40,954 nt of DNA from a virus (lineage: Duplodnaviria > Caudoviricetes). Below are positions 31,471-39,843 of the stretch, piece by piece. The stretch spans positions 1 to 40,954 of the IMG/VR virus record IMGVR_UViG_3300044475_000010; one strand, 5' to 3'. Every line of letters begins with the position of its first letter. Position 1 is the stretch's first letter. Made by a program: the position numbers and the translations under genes. Under the pieces are notes generated by a model. The model did not search any database, had not been told where the DNA came from, and saw nothing but the letters and a program-made list of their open reading frames with translations.

Positions 31471-32618
31471 ACGATCACCAGCCTTCCTTCGATAGTGAGT
31501 TTAGCTGAAACCTTAAGGGCCCCCGGCACCATCCAGTTCTTGTTCGCCGCGAGGGTGAAGTCCTGGGTGACCTCAGTGTCGCTCGGGTAGAACACCTTGT
31601 CGGTGCCGCCCCCAAGGGCACCCCCGCCGATGCCGCCCCAGACGCCTCCCTCACCGGCACCCTCGAACTGCTTCAGGGTGGTGTTGTACCGGACAGGGTG
31701 GTCACTGGAGCCCACGGAGGGGCGCTGTGCAGTGGTCCCTGAGGGGATGAACGCTCCGCCAGTAGCGGAGTCTTGGTGGACCAACAGGTCAGGATTGATG
31801 GACGCTGCCGATGCCGCTGCTGCGGAGGCCGAACTGGCTGCTGCCGTAGCGGAACCTGCTGCTGCCGCTTGGGATGCCGCTGCTGCGGAGGCCGAACCTG
31901 CTGCTGCCGATGCACTGGTAGCCGCCTGCTGGGCGTGCCATTTGGAGGACCGCTCGGTGCCCTCTACGGGTGCGTCGGTCTTGATGGCCCAGTCCTTGGC
32001 CTTGTTCTCGCTGGAGAGGGCCGCAGTGGCGCTGGTGGAGGCCGCCGATGCGGAGCCTGCCGCTGCTGCCTGGGATGCTGCCGCCGCCGTTTGGGAAGCG
32101 AGGGCTGCTGCCGCAGATGCTGCCGCTGCCTGGGCGTTCTGGCCCACGCCATCTACTTGGGTGTCGTAGTAGTGCTTCGTCACTGCATCCTGGTCATTGA
32201 CCGGATCGGCGAGGTTCACGAGTCGGCGGCCACGGGCATCGAGGTTGCCATCGTCATCAGAGCCGAGGGAGTCGGAGGCGATGTCGCGGCCTTCCTCTGC
32301 GATGTGTACGACTTGCAGGTCAGACAGGTTGAGGTCAGATGCGGTGAGGATGGAGGCGTCATTGAACACAACGAGGCGCTCCTCGGTCGATGTCACACGC
32401 TTGACCTCGATGGTGCCATAGCCGGTGGTGTCCAGCGTGCCGGACAAGCGGATCATGTTGTCGGTGAGGAAGGTGTAATCCGATCCTTGCACCAGCTCCT
32501 TGCGGTCCACGCCAAGCAGCGTGACGACGACGAAGCGCCGGGCGAGGTAGTCGAATGCCACCGGGAAATCTACCGACCCGTCCAAGTCATAGACCCGGAT
32601 AGTGTTAGGTGATGCCAT
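31467..32618 (-). CDS. Tail fibre protein (T7 gp17 N-terminal anchor), short
   Basis: gp17 head-binding motifs FDYLARRFVVVTL, DLNLSDLQVVHIAEE and LDARGRRLVNLA; Ala-rich stalk; compact C-terminal domain. Confidence 0.92.
   Translation of the reverse strand: MASPNTIRVYDLDGSVDFPVAFDYLARRFVVVTLLGVDRKELVQGSDYTFLTDNMIRLSGTLDTTGYGTIEVKRVTSTEERLVVFNDASILTASDLNLSDLQVVHIAEEGRDIASDSLGSDDDGNLDARGRRLVNLADPVNDQDAVTKHYYDTQVDGVGQNAQAAAASAAAALASQTAAAASQAAAAGSASAASTSATAALSSENKAKDWAIKTDAPVEGTERSSKWHAQQAATSASAAAGSASAAAASQAAAAGSATAAASSASAAAASAASINPDLLVHQDSATGGAFIPSGTTAQRPSVGSSDHPVRYNTTLKQFEGAGEGGVWGGIGGGALGGGTDKVFYPSDTEVTQDFTLAANKNWMVPGALKVSAKLTIEGRLVIV
31800..32135 (-). repeat. Ala/Ser-rich coding repeats (AAAS/AAGSA/ASQ)
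   Basis: Two blocks of repeated GCAGCAGC-type units flanking AKDWAIK...KWHAQ. Confidence 0.8.
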
Positions 32619-32631
32619 GCGATCTCCTTAG

Positions 32632-32660
32632 TAAAAATGGCCCACCCGGTTGGGTGAGCC
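32632..32660 (-). terminator. Hairpin plus U-tract immediately downstream of the tail-fibre promoter
   Basis: GGCTCACCC-AACC-GGGTGGGCC-ATTTTT. Confidence 0.55.
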
Positions 32661-32663
32661 TGT

Positions 32664-32680
32664 CATAGTGGGGGTTAATA
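32664..32680 (-). promoter_or_regulatory. Phage RNAP promoter (phi17-like)
   Basis: TATTAACCCCCACTATG. Confidence 0.85.
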
Positions 32681-35600
32681 CGGGTCTTGCAGGTACTGCA
32701 CGAACAGGCGCTGGGAGACCGGATCGTTGGGGATCAGACCACGCAGCGCGCCCTGCCACTGCTTGCGGAACTTCTCCTCATCGAAGGTATCGCTGGGGAG
32801 CATCTTCTTCACCGGGGCGGTGCCCAGTGCGATCAGGCTATCCACCGTCTTCACGGCAGGGGCCTGCTCGATGGAGTCTCCCAGGAACCCGCCGACAACA
32901 CCCGATTGATTCTGGGCGTCCTTGCGCAGCTTGGCCTCGGTGGAGGTCTTGCCGTAGCCAGCGTACTGGAAGAAGTCAGGGGCAACGCCCTGGCCCAGCG
33001 GGGTGGAGCCCACGCCATCGTACAGCCAGGACGGCATCGCCATGGCCGGGGATCGCTTGAGGCCACCAGCAATCAGCGGGCCCCACTCTCCCTTACCTCC
33101 CAGGCGCTCCTCCATGAACTTCTGCCGCTGGTTGGCATCCGTGAACTTCGTGCCTTGCAGGTAGGTAACACCAGCGTAGCCGAGGCCGGACAGTGCCGGG
33201 GCCAGGACCAGAAGGTCAAGGGCCTCACCGATGTCCCCGTTTCGGAAGATGTTGGATGTGCCCCGTACCAGCTTCGCGTTGAACGAGCGATAGGCAAAGG
33301 ACATGAACTGGGTCAGCATGCCCACGAGGGGCAGGCCAGCCCAGCGGAAGGTAGCGCCGATGGAGTTCTGCTGGATCACGCGCTCAGACCAGAACTGCCC
33401 GTACCGGCGCAGCGCAGCGGCCCGTGGGTCCGTGTACAGCAGCTCAGGATTGACGATGTGCATCTGCCCATCCTTGAACATCACGGCCTCCTTAAGGAGC
33501 CCCACGATGCCATCCATCTGGTCCTTGTTCACGGAAGCCGCTGCGGCCCGCTTGTAGGATGCAAACCCGCTGGTCCCCTCAGGGATGACCCCATGGGCGA
33601 ACTTGGCGAGATCCGCAAAGAACTCCTGGCGGGAAGCCTCCACGATGGACCGTGTGGTGGCCCGGAGGGCTTGAGTCGTCCAGAATCGGTCAGAGGTAGC
33701 CGCAACGGTCCCTTGGACGGCCCCGAGGGTTTTGCCCCAAAGGCCGTTCTGCCCGGCAGCTTCGAGAACACTTGTGGTGCGCTCGATGGACTGGGAGTAT
33801 GTCGGGTGAATCACTCGGTCCAGCTCAGGGCCCCATGTGAGGTTCTGGGCAAGGTGCAGGTTCTCTGCGGTGAGTTTGCCGTGCTTCAGGCTGGAGACCA
33901 TCTTGCCGAAGCCGGGGACAGCCTGGGCCATGAAGGACACGCCATGCTCCCGGACCCCCGCAGCGATCTCCATGAAGTTCATCAAGGCCATGTAGGCTGA
34001 CGACTTCATAAAGGCGAGGTTCTTGAAGATGGACTCGATGGCATTGATCTGGGCACTCTGCGAGCGGGCACCCACGCCATACAGGCCGTTCACCATCTTC
34101 TCCAGCGCAGCGACATCGGACTTCAGGCTGGGGTCCAGAACCTGGGCAGCGCGGAAGCCCTCCACCTTCGCCAGGACGGTATCCAGGGGCATGCCGGTGG
34201 AGGCAGTCAGGGATACGTCACCGGCCACTCGGTTGAAGTAGGCGGTGTCGATGCTGTCCAGATCGTAGGAGAACAGGTCAGCCACGGAGAACTTCTGGCC
34301 GCCGCTATTGGGGATGTCGATCTCGGCGGTGTGGCCGAAGGCTGTACGCCCCTTGCGGAACCCTGGCAGGCTCGTATCGGCGGCTGTAGCGCCCTCGGTG
34401 TAGCGGATCATGCGGGTGATGTCCACGCCATCCAGAGGGTCAGCCGATTGGACGATACCGTAGGCGGTCCGGTTGGCGAACTCGCGGGGAGTCATCTGGG
34501 GGTTGTCGGAGTTCTTGATGGCCTCCTTCACCGCCTTCTGCACGTTCGCGTCCTTGATGTAGCTCGACATGAACGAGCGGGCGATCAGCTCCTGCAAGTC
34601 CTCGTGCCCGATCTGGTCTGCCAGGGCGTTGATCTTCTGGCGGTCATAGACGATTGGGCGGCCATAGTCCGTGCGGAGACGATCCTCAGGCAGGAGGCTC
34701 GGGGCCTCGATGCCCCAGCGGGCACCAGGGGTCACTTGCAGCTCACCCAGGGCCTTGTAGCGTTCGTCCATCAGTTGGTACAGCTTCAGCTCAGGCTTGG
34801 TCAGTGCGGATGTGTCCTTACTGACAAGGGCCTTGCCGACACGCTCATCAATGGTCTGGCGCAGTTCAGCCTTGGTCAGGCCGCTGTTCTGGAAGGCAGG
34901 GTCACGCAGAATCTCGTCACGCAGGTCCTGCTTTGCGATCTCGTAGTTCATGTGTTCGCCCTTCAGCGTGCGCACAACGTCCTCAGCCACCACGCCCTGC
35001 TTACCCCAGCCACCGTCCACCGTCCCGCGAGTGCTTCGTCCCAGGTTGAAGGAGAAGTCACGGAGGTCTGCATTCGCGGAGGATTGCAGAACGTCCATAA
35101 TCTCCACGCCGGGAAGGCCGCGCAGGTTGGGGTCAACCGCCTTGGCGTAGGCAGGGTTCAGCGGGTTTGCCGCCGAGAACTGCACGCCGGATGCGGTGTG
35201 AACGGTGTCACCATTTTTTAATTGCAGCAGGGCCGGGACCTTCTTGCCGATGTTGCCAGTGTTGCCACCGGCCTCCCCCACATCAAGGGGAGCGCCGAAG
35301 AGTTTCTTCTCCAGCGGGATCTCGTCATAGACTCGATCCTTCCACTTGATGCCGGTCTCGGCGTCGATGTCCATGGGGGTGAAGATGGTCGGGTTTCCCG
35401 CGTCGGTGTACCCATTCTGCTTCAGGAACTGCTGGGTCTCGTGCGCCTCGGTGCGGTGTACTGCACGCTCCAGGGAGTCTGGGGCTTTCCCGAACACCTT
35501 AGAGGCCGCCTTCCCGATGCCCGCGATGCCCAGCCCGAAGGCTGCACCCGCAGCGGCAGCAGTAGCGATGTCCGCGTCGGTGCCCGTAGTGGACTCCCGC

Positions 35601-36571
35601 AGGGACTCGGAAGCCATGTTCGTCAGGGCACCCTCACCGGCCACCAAGAGGGCCTTGGAGGAGGCGCGAGCGATGCCCTGGGAGAACAGTTGCGCCGGCT
35701 TCGTTGCGATGCCCCCAAAGGGGAGAGTCCCGTAGGTCACCGGGTCGGAGACCATCTCACCGAGGCCGTAGCTCAGGTCCCCCATGAGGGTGCGCTCTTT
35801 GCCAGCGGACTCACGGTTCTCCTGGGCCAGCTTGATGAGTTCGTCCACGTTCTCGCCATTGCCGATGGCGTTGCGCACCACGAAGGTCACCCCAGCGGAC
35901 CCGATGTTGGCCTGCCGGATCTTCTCCAGGGTTGCCTCATCGAGGTTCGCAGAGCCGCCCAGAAGGGCCGACAGCGGTTGATCGCGGCGAGCGATAGTGC
36001 CAATAGCACCATGCTTAACGCCAGGGACGAAGGAGTCAGCGAATCCATCCGGGTTGGGCTCGTACTTGCGTGCGGCTCCTTCAGTACCATACAGGCCGGA
36101 ACTAAGATCAGCTTGGGCACCACTGGCACCCAGAACTCCCGGTGTCTTAGTCCCGCTTGCCTCTCCCGCCGGGAGGACCCCCAGCTTGCGGAGGTAGCCC
36201 TGGGTCTCCTCGGGGAGGGCTGCCCAGTTACCGGCGTTGAAGTTGGCGATGTTCTTGCCCTTCTTCCCCGGCCCGGCGTTGTACGCCACCAGACCAGCCT
36301 CCCAGCTCCCGTGCTGGCGAGTCAGTTGGGCCATGATGTTAGCCATGGCGGGGATGGCCTTCTCAGGGTTGAGGAAGTCCTCACGGGAGTTCAGGCCGTA
36401 CTGGCCCTGCCAATACTTCGGCACAATCTGGGCGATGCCCAGCGCGCCCGCGTGGGATTCTGCGTTCGGGTCAAAGTTGGACTCGACCTCGATCTGGCGG
36501 GTGAGGGCAGCGGGGTCAACCCCGGCACTCGTGGCCGCTTGCTGGATCAAGTCAGCATACTTATTTGCCAT
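32675..36571 (-). CDS. Internal virion protein D (T7 gp16-like) with an N-terminal lytic transglycosylase
   Basis: SLT motifs IEVESNFDP, GIAQI and AYNAG; 1298 aa; C-terminal IPNDPVSQRL. Confidence 0.93.
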   Translation of the reverse strand: MANKYADLIQQAATSAGVDPAALTRQIEVESNFDPNAESHAGALGIAQIVPKYWQGQYGLNSREDFLNPEKAIPAMANIMAQLTRQHGSWEAGLVAYNAGPGKKGKNIANFNAGNWAALPEETQGYLRKLGVLPAGEASGTKTPGVLGASGAQADLSSGLYGTEGAARKYEPNPDGFADSFVPGVKHGAIGTIARRDQPLSALLGGSANLDEATLEKIRQANIGSAGVTFVVRNAIGNGENVDELIKLAQENRESAGKERTLMGDLSYGLGEMVSDPVTYGTLPFGGIATKPAQLFSQGIARASSKALLVAGEGALTNMASESLRESTTGTDADIATAAAAGAAFGLGIAGIGKAASKVFGKAPDSLERAVHRTEAHETQQFLKQNGYTDAGNPTIFTPMDIDAETGIKWKDRVYDEIPLEKKLFGAPLDVGEAGGNTGNIGKKVPALLQLKNGDTVHTASGVQFSAANPLNPAYAKAVDPNLRGLPGVEIMDVLQSSANADLRDFSFNLGRSTRGTVDGGWGKQGVVAEDVVRTLKGEHMNYEIAKQDLRDEILRDPAFQNSGLTKAELRQTIDERVGKALVSKDTSALTKPELKLYQLMDERYKALGELQVTPGARWGIEAPSLLPEDRLRTDYGRPIVYDRQKINALADQIGHEDLQELIARSFMSSYIKDANVQKAVKEAIKNSDNPQMTPREFANRTAYGIVQSADPLDGVDITRMIRYTEGATAADTSLPGFRKGRTAFGHTAEIDIPNSGGQKFSVADLFSYDLDSIDTAYFNRVAGDVSLTASTGMPLDTVLAKVEGFRAAQVLDPSLKSDVAALEKMVNGLYGVGARSQSAQINAIESIFKNLAFMKSSAYMALMNFMEIAAGVREHGVSFMAQAVPGFGKMVSSLKHGKLTAENLHLAQNLTWGPELDRVIHPTYSQSIERTTSVLEAAGQNGLWGKTLGAVQGTVAATSDRFWTTQALRATTRSIVEASRQEFFADLAKFAHGVIPEGTSGFASYKRAAAASVNKDQMDGIVGLLKEAVMFKDGQMHIVNPELLYTDPRAAALRRYGQFWSERVIQQNSIGATFRWAGLPLVGMLTQFMSFAYRSFNAKLVRGTSNIFRNGDIGEALDLLVLAPALSGLGYAGVTYLQGTKFTDANQRQKFMEERLGGKGEWGPLIAGGLKRSPAMAMPSWLYDGVGSTPLGQGVAPDFFQYAGYGKTSTEAKLRKDAQNQSGVVGGFLGDSIEQAPAVKTVDSLIALGTAPVKKMLPSDTFDEEKFRKQWQGALRGLIPNDPVSQRLFVQYLQDPY

Positions 36572-36583
36572 TTAGCAATCTCC

Positions 36584-38785
36584 TTATTGATAGGTTATCC
36601 CGTCATCCCCGATGGTGATGTTGATGAACGGGTTTGCAGTCACGCGCTGCGGACCCTGGCTGGCCTTGGCTTTCGCCGCTTCCTTGGTCAGGGTGTCGTT
36701 CGCAGCCTTCGTGTTCTTCTCAGTCGCCGCCTTCAGGCCCTCGCTGTACTTCTGGCGCAGGTCCGACTTGGCGATCTGGCGTGCTTCACCGGTACGCAGG
36801 TTGCGGACGGTGACGGCTTGCTTGTCGTTGTCGTAGGTCATCAGCAGGTCCGACTTGTCCTTGACGCCCAGTGCTTCGGCGGTGGACTTCAGTTCGGTCT
36901 GGAACAGTTGAGTGCCCTGCTCCACGCTGTTCTTGCTACCATCAACGGTGAAGAAAGCCTTGGGTACTACGTTGCGGTCTCCGACAATCACGGCCTGGGC
37001 CTTGAAGTCGTCGCCTGCCCGGCGCACCGCCGAGTCGGCATCCAAGCCGAGGGCCAGATAGTGACCGGCCAGGGCCTTGATGCTTTCGCGGTTGTTGGTG
37101 GTGAGCGGCATGTCGATCTTGCCCAGCCGCCCGTCCAGTGCCTTCATCTGGGTGGTGCGCTCCTTCTCGGGCAGCTTCTTCCAGGCGGCCTCTGCCACGG
37201 CAACGTCAGCCGGGGCGATGTTGAGGCGCTTGCCAGCCTGAATGGCGGACAGGAAGGAAGGCTTGTCGCCGGATGCCAGGAGCGAGGTCTCGTCCAGTTC
37301 AGCCAGTGCCGCCACCCGGCTCACCGAGTTGGGCACGGCCACATCCTGCTTACCATTCGATACCTGATTCAGGTAGATCTGCCAGTCAGCGTCGGCTGTC
37401 TTCACGGCCCCCTTGAGGGCACTCGCGGCAAACCCGTTGGGGATGGTCGCTGCAAGGCGCAACACAGCGGCGTCCCGTTGGGGGCCCTCAGGGAGGTTCG
37501 ACAGGGTGCTCTGCTCTACCTGGGAGAGTTCCTTGGCGTTCTTCAGCCCCAGGTCTTCCGGGCGGGCGGATACCCACTGGCCGTCATAGGTCCCCGAGAT
37601 GATGCCCCCGAGGGTGTTCATTGCTCGCTGCTGGCGGGCCATGGTCTCCTGGGCCTCGACGTTGGCGGCCTGAACCTGCTGGGCCAGATAGGCGTTGCGC
37701 TTGCGGACTTGCTCAAGGACGGTCGTGGCGTGCTGGATCTCGGGGGTGTTCATCCCACGGGACTCAGCGATCATCTTGTTGCGGAGGCTAACGATGCCCG
37801 CGTCGTCCCCTTGGATCGCCATTGTGGTCAGATCCCCGTGGACCGATGCGTAGCGGTTGGCGTCCCGCTCCAGCTCCTTCTGCTGGGCCTTGGCTACCAT
37901 CAGGTCGAACTTGCCGGACCCGAAGGCGTCCCTCAGGGGGACCATCTTGCCGCCGAACTCGAACTCCTTACCGCCCAGGGCCTCGATGGCCTTGTAGCCG
38001 CCCTTCATGTCGGGCAGTTGGTCCAGCACATTGGCGACCAGCTCAAGGGCCTTTGAGGAGTCCCGAACCTGCCCCGTGTTGCGGGCATTCTTCAGGGAGT
38101 TCTGGACGAACTGGGCCACGCCCTCGCCACCGAAGTTTGTGAGCACATCCTCCAGCGGGGCCATCAGCTCCACCTTCGTCTGCATCTCGGCCTCGGTGCG
38201 GAGGCGCTTGTCGGTCACCGCAGTCTGCATGCGCAGGAGGGTGTCTCGGCGGCGTTCAGCATCGCGCTGGTAGCCTGCCATGAAAGCCTTGTCGTCAGGG
38301 GACGTGCCGAACATCTCGGCGGCCTTTGGCAGTGCTTCGTTGAGGGCCTTGATGCGGGCTGCATCTGCTTCCTCCACGGTCTTGAATGCGCCGGACTGGA
38401 TCTTGCTCTCGACATCCTGCTCGATAATCAGAGACTGGGTGTATGCCGACTTGTTGCGAAGGACAGCCATCGCCAGCGGGTCGTCTTGGAATGGCACCTT
38501 ACCGTCGCGCATGGCCTTGGAATACTCCTCGACCGACTGGTTAGCCATCCAGTCCTTCACCGTCTTGGTGACTTCATCGGAGCGGGTTTGTTGGTACGTG
38601 CCGTACAGGCTCGCGGCGTTCTGGGCGAACTCGTTCAGCTTGCCCATGATGTTGTCGTTGTAGCTCACCTCGGGGGTGACACGCTGGGCCTGATAGCCTG
38701 AAAGGCCAGTCTGCACAGGTTGTCGTTGCCCACCGGAAAACTGACGCCACATCATGTAAGAACTGTTTACGTTACTCCCTGGCAT
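36584..38785 (-). CDS. Internal virion protein C (T7 gp15-like)
   Basis: QDDPLAM motif; 733-aa helical protein; syntenic. Confidence 0.88.
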   Translation of the reverse strand: MPGSNVNSSYMMWRQFSGGQRQPVQTGLSGYQAQRVTPEVSYNDNIMGKLNEFAQNAASLYGTYQQTRSDEVTKTVKDWMANQSVEEYSKAMRDGKVPFQDDPLAMAVLRNKSAYTQSLIIEQDVESKIQSGAFKTVEEADAARIKALNEALPKAAEMFGTSPDDKAFMAGYQRDAERRRDTLLRMQTAVTDKRLRTEAEMQTKVELMAPLEDVLTNFGGEGVAQFVQNSLKNARNTGQVRDSSKALELVANVLDQLPDMKGGYKAIEALGGKEFEFGGKMVPLRDAFGSGKFDLMVAKAQQKELERDANRYASVHGDLTTMAIQGDDAGIVSLRNKMIAESRGMNTPEIQHATTVLEQVRKRNAYLAQQVQAANVEAQETMARQQRAMNTLGGIISGTYDGQWVSARPEDLGLKNAKELSQVEQSTLSNLPEGPQRDAAVLRLAATIPNGFAASALKGAVKTADADWQIYLNQVSNGKQDVAVPNSVSRVAALAELDETSLLASGDKPSFLSAIQAGKRLNIAPADVAVAEAAWKKLPEKERTTQMKALDGRLGKIDMPLTTNNRESIKALAGHYLALGLDADSAVRRAGDDFKAQAVIVGDRNVVPKAFFTVDGSKNSVEQGTQLFQTELKSTAEALGVKDKSDLLMTYDNDKQAVTVRNLRTGEARQIAKSDLRQKYSEGLKAATEKNTKAANDTLTKEAAKAKASQGPQRVTANPFINITIGDDGITYQ

Positions 38786-38794
38786 TTTATCTCC

Positions 38795-39370
38795 TTACTT
38801 GCTGCCGACAGTACCGGCTGCTGCTGCGGTAGTGGACTTCGTGATGGAAGCCTTCAGGCTCGCGCCCGCCGCTGCACCAGCCATACCGCCGTTGATTACG
38901 GACAGGGCCGAGGATACCGCAGACGGCCCGGCGATACTCGGCATGCCAGTGATGGCACCTTGAGTCTGCGAGTGGGACATCTCGGATTCGTATTGGATAC
39001 CGCGCCGCTGGGTCGTGTAGTTAGCGCGGATGGAGTCGGCCCGGCGAGCATCTGAACCTTCGACCTCACGCACCAGCGCGTCAACCGAACGGCCTTCCAG
39101 CCCGGTCTCCGACAGTGCGGCCTGAATCATCCCCCGGTTGCGAATAGCGTTGATGCTGTTCTCTTCCAGTTGCTTCACGGCTTGGTCGTAGTTGTCTCGA
39201 TCCTGCTGATTCAAGGCAACGTCTTTGTAGTTCATCTGCTTCACCAGTTCACGGGCCTGGGCGGCTTGCGCCTCACGAGCCCGACCTACTGCATCGGCTT
39301 GGTCTTTCTGACCCGACAGGGCGGAAATGGTGCCCAGGGCTGCGAGGCCCAGAGTCATCGGTTCACACAT
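38795..39370 (-). CDS. Internal virion protein B (T7 gp14-like)
   Basis: MC start, AALSETGLEGRS and IRANY motifs; syntenic. Confidence 0.9.
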   Translation of the reverse strand: MCEPMTLGLAALGTISALSGQKDQADAVGRAREAQAAQARELVKQMNYKDVALNQQDRDNYDQAVKQLEENSINAIRNRGMIQAALSETGLEGRSVDALVREVEGSDARRADSIRANYTTQRRGIQYESEMSHSQTQGAITGMPSIAGPSAVSSALSVINGGMAGAAAGASLKASITKSTTAAAAGTVGSK

Positions 39371-39832
39371 TTATCCTCCAATCGGTGGTGGTATGAAAAA
39401 GTGGGCGAACTCCCAGCCCCTCCTTTGGGTGACCTTAGTGCCGAACTCAGCACCGAGCCACTTCAGGAAACGCACATGGAGTTCATTGTTCAGGCCCACA
39501 ACATTGTGGCACACGGCCCCGAACGAGTGGACCGTATCCCGGTTCGCCAGGATCTCCCGGCAGAAGTCTTTCTTGTGGTCCTCCACACGGTCAGTGCAGA
39601 GGAACCAGCAAAGGCCCGCCATGGAGAACCCGCCCACGGCCACGAGGCGATCATCGGGAGTCCACAGGGAGGTGGACACGCACTGGGGACCTTTGGCGGC
39701 GGCCCAGAGGCTGTCCTCGACGGAGCGCCAGGGGCGTCCATTGAGGGCCTCGAACTCGCGGCGGTCAGCAGTGCGAGCCTCCCGGAGAATGTCCTTGATG
39801 CTCCAGTGGTCCAGTCGGCGTTTCTCAAGCAT
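39371..39832 (-). CDS. Internal virion protein A (T7 gp13-like)
   Basis: AVGG...CWFL and HNVV...N.LHVRFLKWLGAEF motifs. Confidence 0.88.
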   Translation of the reverse strand: MLEKRRLDHWSIKDILREARTADRREFEALNGRPWRSVEDSLWAAAKGPQCVSTSLWTPDDRLVAVGGFSMAGLCWFLCTDRVEDHKKDFCREILANRDTVHSFGAVCHNVVGLNNELHVRFLKWLGAEFGTKVTQRRGWEFAHFFIPPPIGG

Positions 39833-39843
39833 GGCGATCTCCT

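Noticed and set aside
35222-38056. Long plus-strand ORFs (for example 944 aa here, 8647-10644, 12441-13877, 24160-25530, 2198-3166)
   Set aside because: They are antisense shadows of real minus-strand genes caused by GC-rich codon bias. They show no recognisable motifs and no plus-strand phage promoters.
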